39,585 nucleotides of DNA from a virus. Both the position numbers and the translations under genes were made by a program. The stretch lies in the IMG/VR virus record IMGVR_UViG_3300009071_000004. The stretch is one strand, 5' to 3'. The first letter of the stretch is position 1, and each line of letters opens with the position of its first letter. This document shows, piece by piece, positions 31,566 through 39,585 of the stretch. Under the pieces are notes generated by a model. That model was not told the origin of the DNA. It saw nothing but the letters and a program-made list of their open reading frames with translations, and made no database searches.

Positions 31566-31598
31566 AAGGACGAACGTGACGAATGTTGGGAGAGGTCT

Positions 31599-32303
31599 GT
31601 GGCATACAATCTTGCAAGTTTCCGTGAACTTATACGGGCAACGTTGGACTTGGATGCGACGGATCTCCCTGACATTCTCGTAGACGATTGGATTCGTGAC
31701 GGCGCTACTCGTGCCCAAACGCGTCGCCAGCAATGGCCGTTCTATGAGAAAGACTGGACGTTCAACTCTGTTGACGACCAGGGCACATACACGTTGTTGG
31801 CCATTCAGGCCGACAGTGGAAGTACCGATGCGATAGCTGAGATCCGTCAGATCCGCGGCCCTGATTGGGAGCTGCGATGGCAGGACATCACAACGCACGA
31901 CAAAACGAACCCTCGGGGTTCTGTTTCTAGCGGCACTCCCAGGTTCTGGTCGCAGTGGAACAACAGCGATGTGATCTTGGATCCTGTGCCCACCAATTCG
32001 ACTGATACGTTCATTGTGCGTGGTTACGCTAAGCGTGCCGATTGGGTTTCGAATGGGGCTGCTGCCCTGTCAGATATGCCTGTCGAGTTCGATAACACGA
32101 TCCTGAATTGGGCTATCGGTAAAGCGCACGCTCAGCAGGGTGACCCTGCTTCGGCGTTGCATTATGCCGACATGTCTGATCTTCGGTTGCGGGAACTTGT
32201 CAGATACTATGACGATCCTTCTCCCAGCCACGAAGTTACTTTCGGCGGCAATTACAACCGTCAAGTAGGCGGGCTGTCGGATCCTCGCTTCTCGTGGGAG
32301 TGA
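31599..32303 (+). CDS. Putative head-tail adaptor or tail tubular A-like protein, 234 aa.
   Basis: The GTG start follows gggagaggtct. The call rests on position after the capsid gene, as in podovirus modules. No motif recognised. Confidence 0.35.
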   Translation: MAYNLASFRELIRATLDLDATDLPDILVDDWIRDGATRAQTRRQQWPFYEKDWTFNSVDDQGTYTLLAIQADSGSTDAIAEIRQIRGPDWELRWQDITTHDKTNPRGSVSSGTPRFWSQWNNSDVILDPVPTNSTDTFIVRGYAKRADWVSNGAAALSDMPVEFDNTILNWAIGKAHAQQGDPASALHYADMSDLRLRELVRYYDDPSPSHEVTFGGNYNRQVGGLSDPRFSWE

Positions 32304-32308
32304 GCTGA

Positions 32309-34012
32309 ATGGCTATAGATGTTCGTAGAGGCGGCGCTCGACCCCCACAGTTGAGGCTAGACCCACAGGTTGATTTCACTGGCGGGCTAAACGCTATTGA
32401 AGATCGTTTCCAGTTGGCTCCAAACGAGTCGCCTGATTGTTTGAACGTCGACATTCATCGGCGTGGCGGCGTTCAACGCCGCCGTTCTGTGCGTTCTTGG
32501 GGCAGCTATGACCCGTTCGGCACTGGCGCTTCGCCCCTGGAGTTGTTTGAACATCGCGATCAGATAAACGACTCGGCCAAAGTGGTCGCTACCAAAGGCG
32601 GCGGCGTCAACGCTTTGATGGCTGTCGGCGTTGGGGCTGGCTGGACGGCTGTGACGAACACGGGCCAAGACAAGATCCACGATCACGCCATGATGAACGG
32701 CAAGTCATGGTTTGCTTGCAAACTTCAAGCCACCCAGTCGTGGGAAACCCCGTCAGGTGTCCCTGCCGCTGCCACAACCGTGATCGGTGATTCGGCTGGC
32801 GGATACCAAAACGACTATGCGACAGCGGTAGGGAACATCTTCCCTCATTGCCAGTTTGTGGAATCTCACGGCGGGTTCATGTGGGCTGCCTGGACCGACG
32901 AGGGAGCAATTACTCACCCGACCCGTATCAGGTTCTCGCATCCTGGCTATGCCGACAGGTGGGCTGAAGACGACTGGATCGATGTCGGAGACGAAGACGG
33001 CGACGAGATCGTCGCCATCAAATCGTTCCGTGATCACCTGCTCGTGTTCATGCACCGCTCAGTACATGCCGTGTTCGGCTACTCTCGTCAGAACTTTCAA
33101 GTCGTCAAGGTCTCGTCTTCTGTAGGAGCCGAATCAAAGAAGAACATATCGGTCACACCGCAGGGTGTTTGGTTCTTCTCTCCTGATCGGGGGGTTTACT
33201 TCTATAACGGTGACGGGGAACCGCAGTGGGCGTTTGAAAAGATTTGGCCGTTGATGGATAGCGGCTCGTTCAACGAAGCTTTGTTTGCCGATGTCGTTGT
33301 CGCTTCGGTGAGCGGCAAGATTTGGGTTTCGGTTCCGCAAGATGACAGCACAGATGTGACGTTTGTGTTTGATCCAGCCGTTGGTGCGTGGGTTCGTTAC
33401 GGTCTTGCTATCACTGGTCATGTTGAGTTCCAGAATTCTTCTGGTTTGGTTGAACATTTGGCGTCTACAGCGGGTAACGCTGGTTTGATCAAGTTGGATA
33501 CTGGTGCGGCGTCTGATTCTTTCAATGATGCGGCATCGCCTGCCGATGTGGGCATAAATTCGTATTACCGTACGCGGTGGATGGATGGCGGGTCGCCGTT
33601 TCTTCCGAAACGGTATAAGAAGCCTGAGTTCATTGTGTCGGGCGTTTCTACTCACGTCATTCAGGCTCACATCTATTTCGATTATGACGATGCGACGGCT
33701 GCGAAGACTTTGCAGTTGAATGTGGTCGGGGATCTTTCGACTACGAATTTGGTTTGGGACGACGACGACGACAGTGCTCCATATGTTGTTACCAGCGATC
33801 CCACAACGAACCATTCTGCAGACTCGGGATTTCTCTGGGACAGTAAGCAGTGGGCTGTTCAGTCGGCTGCAACTCAAGACGAGATTATTCGTGGCGGCAC
33901 CATTGGCGGCACTGGCCGTGCTGTTGCTATCAACTTTGTCGGCCCAACCGACGTCCAGTGGGAAATAAGGGGATTTACTCTGAAGTACCTAGCCAAGAAA
34001 CCGAGATCTTAA
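32309..34012 (+). CDS. Putative tail tubular B / nozzle-like structural protein, 567 aa.
   Basis: A large beta-rich protein located between the adaptor-like gene and the fibre gene. The call rests on position only. Confidence 0.35.
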   Translation: MAIDVRRGGARPPQLRLDPQVDFTGGLNAIEDRFQLAPNESPDCLNVDIHRRGGVQRRRSVRSWGSYDPFGTGASPLELFEHRDQINDSAKVVATKGGGVNALMAVGVGAGWTAVTNTGQDKIHDHAMMNGKSWFACKLQATQSWETPSGVPAAATTVIGDSAGGYQNDYATAVGNIFPHCQFVESHGGFMWAAWTDEGAITHPTRIRFSHPGYADRWAEDDWIDVGDEDGDEIVAIKSFRDHLLVFMHRSVHAVFGYSRQNFQVVKVSSSVGAESKKNISVTPQGVWFFSPDRGVYFYNGDGEPQWAFEKIWPLMDSGSFNEALFADVVVASVSGKIWVSVPQDDSTDVTFVFDPAVGAWVRYGLAITGHVEFQNSSGLVEHLASTAGNAGLIKLDTGAASDSFNDAASPADVGINSYYRTRWMDGGSPFLPKRYKKPEFIVSGVSTHVIQAHIYFDYDDATAAKTLQLNVVGDLSTTNLVWDDDDDSAPYVVTSDPTTNHSADSGFLWDSKQWAVQSAATQDEIIRGGTIGGTGRAVAINFVGPTDVQWEIRGFTLKYLAKKPRS

Positions 34013-34013
34013 T

Positions 34014-35408
34014 ATGGTTGCAAACGTAGTTGTCCCAAATACTTTCGTCGCTGCGTCCGATGCGATTGCCGCTGAGGTAAACGCAAACTTTGTCGCGCTT
34101 CGTGACCACATCAACAACTACATGGTTTCTAACGACGGTGTAGTTGCTATAGCTGGCACTCAGACTTTGAACAATGTGACGGTTACTGGCGATCTGACGT
34201 TGACTGGCAACCTTGTGGCTAATGCCACGATCAAGGGCGATGTTGTTGATACTGGCGGTTCAACTGTCATTTTGGATAACACTGCGGGTGCTGCTTGGTT
34301 CCGTGGCGATGTCAAGGACGCTAGTGGCACAGTAATTGTGGATGTTTCAGCGGCCACGTTCGCTGGCAACGCCACTACTGCGACTACTGCGACAACTACG
34401 TCTGGTAACGCTGCGACAGCGACGCTTGCTACTACTGCTACAAACCTGTTGAGCGGGACCAGTAAACCTGGGAACGGCTCGGCTGGTGCCCCTGGACATT
34501 CATTTAGCGGCGATGCGACCACGGGCATGTATCTGGTAACGACCGATCAGGTTGGGTTCTCAACTAACGGCACTCTGAGAGGCAGGTTCTGGTCTGGCGG
34601 TCTGTTGATGGGCAGTAGTGCTCTCGATGGTGCGGCACAGATACGGGTCGAGGTGGGGACAGCGGCACTCCCTAACTACACTTTCTATAACGATCGCGAT
34701 ACGGGCATGTACCGTTCCTCTGCTAACGTCCTCGGGTTCTCGACCGCAGGAGCGTTGCGTCTCCATATTGATTCGGCTGGGGCTTTGTTGCATCAGTCTG
34801 GGGTGGATAACGCAATTTTCTACACGGGCAATATCGCCTGCAACTATGCCAGCGGCGCTGAGGCGACCATCCATCATTACAACCGCCGCGCTTGGGGCAA
34901 CGAATATGGCCTGAAGATGTATGCGGCTGGCGATACTGATGTGAACTGTGCTTGGGGCAGAACCCTCTGGTTCAAAACAGATGCTTACATTCGGGCGTCT
35001 ATCCAGAATGACGGGTTTCGTCTCAATTCGTTTCCCGTTATTTCTGGCTGGAATAGCGTTCGTCGTCGTACATCCGATTTTTTGTGCGGCTACGACGGGT
35101 CGTCGTTGCGTTACAAAGACAACGTTGTAGACGCTGACGAAACATGGCGTTCGGTTTACAATCTGCGTCCTGTTGACTTCGATTGGAACAACGAAATACA
35201 TAGTGACGATGACGGCGAACGCCACGATTACGGTCTGATCGCTGAGGAAACGGCGATCACCATGCCAAGCGTCGTTACGTCCCGTGTCGTTGAAGGGCAG
35301 GGTGACTTGCCTGTACCAGACGGCATCCAGTATGAGAAACTATCTGTTTATCTGATTCCTTTGGTGCAGGATTTGAACGCTCGTTTAGAGGCGCTTGAGG
35401 CTGTCTGA
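34014..35408 (+). CDS. Tail fibre or spike with a C-terminal intramolecular chaperone (peptidase S74-like) domain.
   Basis: The C-terminus SSLRYKDNVVDADETWRSVYNLRPVDFDWNNE...DYGLIAEE...IQYEKLSVYLIPLVQDLNARLEALEA fits the S74 autoproteolytic chaperone pattern. An ATTATTATTTSGNAATATLATTAT low-complexity tract is also present. Confidence 0.7.
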   Translation: MVANVVVPNTFVAASDAIAAEVNANFVALRDHINNYMVSNDGVVAIAGTQTLNNVTVTGDLTLTGNLVANATIKGDVVDTGGSTVILDNTAGAAWFRGDVKDASGTVIVDVSAATFAGNATTATTATTTSGNAATATLATTATNLLSGTSKPGNGSAGAPGHSFSGDATTGMYLVTTDQVGFSTNGTLRGRFWSGGLLMGSSALDGAAQIRVEVGTAALPNYTFYNDRDTGMYRSSANVLGFSTAGALRLHIDSAGALLHQSGVDNAIFYTGNIACNYASGAEATIHHYNRRAWGNEYGLKMYAAGDTDVNCAWGRTLWFKTDAYIRASIQNDGFRLNSFPVISGWNSVRRRTSDFLCGYDGSSLRYKDNVVDADETWRSVYNLRPVDFDWNNEIHSDDDGERHDYGLIAEETAITMPSVVTSRVVEGQGDLPVPDGIQYEKLSVYLIPLVQDLNARLEALEAV

Positions 35409-36277
35409 TGCTTAACCGTCAAGCGTTTGCGGCGCTAATCGACTACCAGCGCACCGACTGGGACGTGAACGAGGTTCCTCGTTTATCGAACCGTTCATGG
35501 AACGACATCCAGGGCATCGAGATCCACCACACGGGCGCAGTTGGGCCTAAGAGCATGACGTTTGCCGACATGCAATCTTGGTTGCTGTCGGTGGAGAGGT
35601 ACCACGAGCTGACAAAGGGCTGGAGCGACCTGTTCTACAACGTGTTTGTGGACGCTGAGGGTCGCGTGTGGGCTGGTCGGCCGACGCTGGCGTCGTCGCA
35701 ATCAAGTCTGCATAACTGGTTGACGGTTCATGTGCCTGGAAACAACGCTGTGTTGACCGACGTTCAGAAAGCAAAGCTGTCGGAGTTGGCGGACGCTGTT
35801 GGTGGTCGCAAAGCGATCCGTGGTCACGGTGAGCGTTCAGCTACGGCGTGCCCTGGTTCTAATGCGATGGCGTTCATCAACGAGTGTCGTGCCTCTGTTG
35901 GGGCCGTGCCGTATCCTGGGAGTTACGTCCGTCGAGATTCGACTGACACTGCTGCGGTCAAGCTGGTTCAGGCTGTCGTTGGGACAGTGATTGACGGGGC
36001 GTTTGGTCCGAACACTGAGGCGGCTGTGAAGAGTTGGCAGACGGCGCAGGGTTTGGTCGCTGACGGGATCGTTGGTCCTGCGACATGGGCCATCATGTTC
36101 CCGCCACCGCCACCAGCACCTAAGCCAGCACCAGCACCAGCACCTAAGCCTGTGCCAGAGCCTGAGCCAGAGCCTGTGCCAGAACCCAGCGATGTCGTCC
36201 CTGACAAGGCCATCGGCAAGTTGATACGTCGCCTAGTTGAGTGGCTTATGAGTATCGTCAAGGACGGGGATAGATGA
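35408..36277 (+). CDS. Endolysin: N-acetylmuramoyl-L-alanine amidase (amidase_2/PGRP) plus a PG_binding_1 domain and a Pro-rich tail.
   Basis: IEIHHTG, WSDLFYNVFVDAEGRVWAGR and GHGERSATACPG are Zn-amidase motifs. VKLVQAVVGTVIDGAFGPNTEAAVKSWQTAQGLVADGIVGPATW is the PG-binding repeat. A (PAPK/PEPE) linker follows. Confidence 0.9.
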   Translation: MLNRQAFAALIDYQRTDWDVNEVPRLSNRSWNDIQGIEIHHTGAVGPKSMTFADMQSWLLSVERYHELTKGWSDLFYNVFVDAEGRVWAGRPTLASSQSSLHNWLTVHVPGNNAVLTDVQKAKLSELADAVGGRKAIRGHGERSATACPGSNAMAFINECRASVGAVPYPGSYVRRDSTDTAAVKLVQAVVGTVIDGAFGPNTEAAVKSWQTAQGLVADGIVGPATWAIMFPPPPPAPKPAPAPAPKPVPEPEPEPVPEPSDVVPDKAIGKLIRRLVEWLMSIVKDGDR

Positions 36278-36280
36278 CCG

Positions 36281-36544
36281 ATGAAAGAATGGGCGGCAAT
36301 CTTCGGCGGATCAGGAGCAGCATTGATTACAGGCGTGTTTGCTGTACTAATAAACAGGTTCCGTCGAGAAAACACGAGACAGCACGACGAAACTAATGCG
36401 TTGCGTGCTATCGGGCACGCAGACAACCTCGCCAAGATGGAAGACATCTCGGAACGGATCACTGAGGTCCGCGACGATGTGAAAGAAGTTCGCAACTGGC
36501 AGTTCGATCATTTAGAATGGCACGCCGAGCAGAAGAAGAAGTAG
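36281..36544 (+). CDS. Holin-like protein, 87 aa, with one TM helix and a charged C-terminus.
   Basis: [24 protein letters not shown] is the TM segment. The gene lies immediately downstream of the endolysin. Confidence 0.5.
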   Translation: MKEWAAIFGGSGAALITGVFAVLINRFRRENTRQHDETNALRAIGHADNLAKMEDISERITEVRDDVKEVRNWQFDHLEWHAEQKKK

Positions 36545-36554
36545 GGGATTAGAC

Positions 36555-39554
36555 GTGTCTAACTGGATAAACAGGCAATACAGCATCAACCCAGAGCAAC
36601 CCCCTGTCAACCTCGCTCTCGCCAGCGGCTTGACTTACATCGGGGCGTATTCGGCTGCAACTACTTACGCCATCGGCGATGTAGTCGCCGACGGCTCAGG
36701 CAACTCGTTCGTGTCCAGAACCGCTTCGAACGTGGGCAACGCACTCCCCTCTGTAGGAGCCTCTAACACGAATTGGCAGACGCTGGCGCAGCGGGGCACT
36801 GCGGGCATCCAGGGGAACACAGGCCCCACGGGAGCTACTGGGACAGCCGCTACTGTGGCTGTCGGGTCTGTCGGCTCTGTCACCAATGCAGGTACTGCTT
36901 CTGTTAACAACAGTGGTACTTCTGCAGCAGCCACGTTCGATTTCGTCTTAAGAGATGGTCCTACTGGACCTACAGGCGCTACTGGTGCAGATTCAACAGT
37001 CGTTGGCCCGACGGGTGCAACTGGTACGGCTGCGACTATTGGAGTTGGCACCACCAGTTCGGTTGTAAATAGCGGCACGGCTTCTGTTGCAAACAGTGGA
37101 AGTTCTAGTGCGGCTACGTTTGACTTTGTCTTAAGGGATGGGCCGACTGGCCCCGCCGCCACTATCGCTGTCGGCACTGTCGGCTCTGTAACTAATGCTG
37201 GAACGGCAACTATTACGAATAGCGGCACTTCAGGTGCTGCGACGTTTGACTTTGTCCTTAGGGACGGTCCTCAAGGCGTTCAGGGTACCCAGGGCATCCA
37301 AGGTATCCAGGGCATCCAGGGTGTTACTGGTACCGCAGCCACTATTGCATTGGGGACCGTTGGTTCGGTTTCGAATGCTGGCACTGCCAGCATCGTCAAT
37401 AGCGGCACATCTGGGGCAGCTACCTTTGATTTTGTTCTCAGGGATGGCCCCACTGGCCCCACTGGTCCCACTGGGCCGACTGGGCCTACTGGTTCAACAG
37501 GTGCGACTGGCCCGACAGGTTCTACTGGTTCTACTGGTCTTACTGGTTCTGCAGCAACAGTAGCTGTCGGGACGACAGGTTCGGTTACTAATGCTGGCAC
37601 GGCTTCTGTTGCCAATTCGGGTTCTTCGTCGGCTGCTACGTTCGACTTCATCCTGAGGGACGGCCCTACGGGGCCGACAGGTCCGACAGGTTCGACTGGT
37701 GCTACAGGTGCGACTGGCGCTACTGGCCCAACTGGTGCTGATTCTACGGTTGCTGGCCCTACGGGACCGACTGGCCCGACTGGCCCTACTGGTAGCACTG
37801 GTTCTACGGGCGCTACGGGTCCAACTGGCGCTACGGGCGCAGACTCTACGGTTGCTGGGCCTACGGGGCCGACTGGCCCCACTGGTTCGACAGGTTCAAC
37901 AGGCGCTACTGGCGCTGCGGGCGCGGATGGTGTCATTGACACCGTCACGGCTGGCACGAACTTGAGTGGTGGCGGTTCTGCCGCCACCGTGACGTTGAAC
38001 CTTGATAACGACATTGCGTTGACTTCGTTGACGACGACTGGCAACGTCGGTATCGGCACTGCGTCACCCTCCGTGCCACTACACCTCAACATCGGAACGG
38101 ACAACAACGGCATCCTCGTTGAGTCAACCGATGCCACCGCCCGCATGTCGTTCAAGGACAGTTCAAGCTCTGGCACCACTCATGTAGGTATCGGAGCTGT
38201 CGGAGACGACATGAGTCTGTGGGCGGGCAACTCCAAGAAGATGACGATTCTGTCTGACGGCAAGGTCGGTATCGGCACTACGTCTCCTGCTGTTGCTCTT
38301 GATGTGGCAGGTGAAATCAACGCTGACGGATTCATCACCATCGGAGCCACAAGCACAACCGAAGGTGGCGAAATACGTCTCGACGGTGGCACCTCGTATG
38401 CGGCAAATTACGCCCGCATCGACCGTTACGGAGACAACCTGCTCCGTTTCATGGATCAGTCAGCGGTACGCATGTCGCTTGACATTACTAACGGCAATCT
38501 GGTTGTCACTGGCGATGCAACAACCACGACAACTAGGGGGACGACTGCGTTCTATGTCGGGTCGTCTGGCGACGACGGCATCGGCCCTGTCACTGGTCAG
38601 TTCGGCAACGTTCAGACGGTCGGTTCTGGCGTAGGCAACTATGAGGGGTACAGCATCAGCGGGCGTGCCGTATTCATGCACGACGGCGGGTCTGCTACAG
38701 GCCTCTACAACGATGTAAACAACCAGTGGATTCTATTTAGTAGCCACGGTGCTGCCACGGACATCCGTTACGCTGGTGCCGCCAAGGTAACTACGTCTTC
38801 GACTGGTGCGACGATCACTGGGTCGTTGGCCGTGACTACTAATGCGACGATCACTGGGCAGTTGAACTGTAGCCATATAAGAGGGGATGAAACCACCCAA
38901 TACTTCGGCCCGAGTACCTCATGGGAGATGTATCTGAACACTTCAGGTCTCTACCCGTACACCGATAATGGCAGTGCGCTGGGCAGCACCTCAAAGTATT
39001 GGAACGGCGTTTACTCGAAGAACTGGTTCCGTTCTCACGGCAGCACAGGTTGGTACAACCAGACGTATGGGGGCGGCTGGTATATGACAGACTCGACATG
39101 GGTTCGTGCATACAACGGTAAAGGCATCCTGACCACAGGTAAAATCTACCTTGGCGCAATGACCACCTTTACGAGTGGCGGTTACGCTACCGCTAGGCGC
39201 AAAGACTCAACAGGTTATTTCATGGAACTTGTGTCTTCGGAGCGTTTCAAAACAAACATCACCGACCTAGACCTAGCCGAAGCTTCCAAGATTTTGGATG
39301 CACGACCCATCAAATATCAAGACATTGTAGAAGCGGCAGAAGACCCTGACTCTCCTTATCAGGTAGGTTTATCTGCCGAATCGTTACATGAAGCTGGGTA
39401 CCCGTGGGTTTTGAAGTACGACTACGACGAGGAAACGAAGATAACTGATTTCACTAAGCCTCGTGGGATTCATTACGAGTTTCTTGTGGCTCCGTTGATT
39501 GCGATTGTTAAAGATTTGAAAACCCGATTGGCTGCGGTAGAGGCGGCATTATGA
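36555..39554 (+). CDS. Collagen-like tail fibre, 999 aa, with a C-terminal S74-type chaperone domain.
   Basis: The N-terminal YAIGDVV..G..F......N..P......W motif is followed by G-X-Y tracts (GPTGATG, GIQGIQG). These alternate with five ~37-aa modules ([38 protein letters not shown]). The C-terminus is [12 protein letters not shown]...VGLSAESL...[28 protein letters not shown]. Confidence 0.9.
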   Translation: MSNWINRQYSINPEQPPVNLALASGLTYIGAYSAATTYAIGDVVADGSGNSFVSRTASNVGNALPSVGASNTNWQTLAQRGTAGIQGNTGPTGATGTAATVAVGSVGSVTNAGTASVNNSGTSAAATFDFVLRDGPTGPTGATGADSTVVGPTGATGTAATIGVGTTSSVVNSGTASVANSGSSSAATFDFVLRDGPTGPAATIAVGTVGSVTNAGTATITNSGTSGAATFDFVLRDGPQGVQGTQGIQGIQGIQGVTGTAATIALGTVGSVSNAGTASIVNSGTSGAATFDFVLRDGPTGPTGPTGPTGPTGSTGATGPTGSTGSTGLTGSAATVAVGTTGSVTNAGTASVANSGSSSAATFDFILRDGPTGPTGPTGSTGATGATGATGPTGADSTVAGPTGPTGPTGPTGSTGSTGATGPTGATGADSTVAGPTGPTGPTGSTGSTGATGAAGADGVIDTVTAGTNLSGGGSAATVTLNLDNDIALTSLTTTGNVGIGTASPSVPLHLNIGTDNNGILVESTDATARMSFKDSSSSGTTHVGIGAVGDDMSLWAGNSKKMTILSDGKVGIGTTSPAVALDVAGEINADGFITIGATSTTEGGEIRLDGGTSYAANYARIDRYGDNLLRFMDQSAVRMSLDITNGNLVVTGDATTTTTRGTTAFYVGSSGDDGIGPVTGQFGNVQTVGSGVGNYEGYSISGRAVFMHDGGSATGLYNDVNNQWILFSSHGAATDIRYAGAAKVTTSSTGATITGSLAVTTNATITGQLNCSHIRGDETTQYFGPSTSWEMYLNTSGLYPYTDNGSALGSTSKYWNGVYSKNWFRSHGSTGWYNQTYGGGWYMTDSTWVRAYNGKGILTTGKIYLGAMTTFTSGGYATARRKDSTGYFMELVSSERFKTNITDLDLAEASKILDARPIKYQDIVEAAEDPDSPYQVGLSAESLHEAGYPWVLKYDYDEETKITDFTKPRGIHYEFLVAPLIAIVKDLKTRLAAVEAAL
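36795..37928 (+). repeat. In-frame tandem repeat region: collagen G-X-Y tracts interleaved with five beta-module repeats.
   Basis: It corresponds to aa 81-458 of the fibre protein. The DNA-level repeats include ggtcctactgg / ggcccgac triplet arrays and near-identical gctacgtttgactttgtcttaagggatgg blocks. Confidence 0.85.
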
Positions 39555-39585
39555 CATCTCTGATCCGATTCCTAATCGAGCCGAA
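39463..39585. repeat. Terminal direct repeat, copy B (identical to 1..123).
   Basis: An exact 123-nt match to the start of the window. Confidence 0.95.

Noticed and set aside
36795-37928. Regularly spaced repeats that might be mistaken for a CRISPR array or a non-coding satellite.
   Set aside because: The repeats are in-frame inside a 999-aa ORF and encode collagen G-X-Y triplets and a repeated beta-module. There is no repeat-spacer structure and there are no cas genes.

Overview
The window is a complete, GC-rich dsDNA phage genome. Its first 123 nt are identical to its last 123 nt, which marks a circular or circularly permuted assembly of about 39,462 unique bp.

There are two divergent arms that start in a ~0.7 kb non-coding control region at 24.3-25.0 kb.
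- Rightward (late) arm, 24.99 kb through the window end and on to 8.9 kb: TerS, TerL, portal, scaffold, major capsid, two tail or adaptor proteins, a fibre with an S74-type C-terminal chaperone domain, an amidase endolysin, a holin-like protein, and a 999-aa collagen-like fibre. After the wrap-around come four translationally coupled virion-internal-like genes that end in a 2180-aa giant ORF.
- Leftward (early and replication) arm, 24.3 kb down to 8.9 kb: about 35 mostly small genes. They include a lysine-rich repeat protein, Cys-rich miniproteins, GP88-like, DUF932, an RHH regulator, a Cas4/RecB-like exonuclease, a DnaB-like helicase, an AEP prim-pol, WhiB, RusA, a T7 endonuclease I-like nuclease, a sigma region-4-like HTH protein and a DUF5664 pyrophosphohydrolase-like protein.

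I found no tape measure, major tail, sheath, integrase, DNA polymerase or recognisable RNA polymerase. That points to a lytic podovirus-like phage. WhiB, the GC content and the amidase plus PG-binding lysin suggest an actinobacterial host.

The main signals not explained by gene calls are:
- a family of intercistronic stem-loops followed by a CTTCACACA box and SD upstream of most early genes;
- at least four sigma70-like leftward promoters with invariant 18-nt spacers;
- the giant ORF, which carries polyvalent-protein-like sequence islands;
- a tRNA-like element and G8/C8 inverted homopolymers in the divergent control region;
- a self-complementary coding repeat in the first early gene.

All functional calls come from motifs read by eye, not from database searches.
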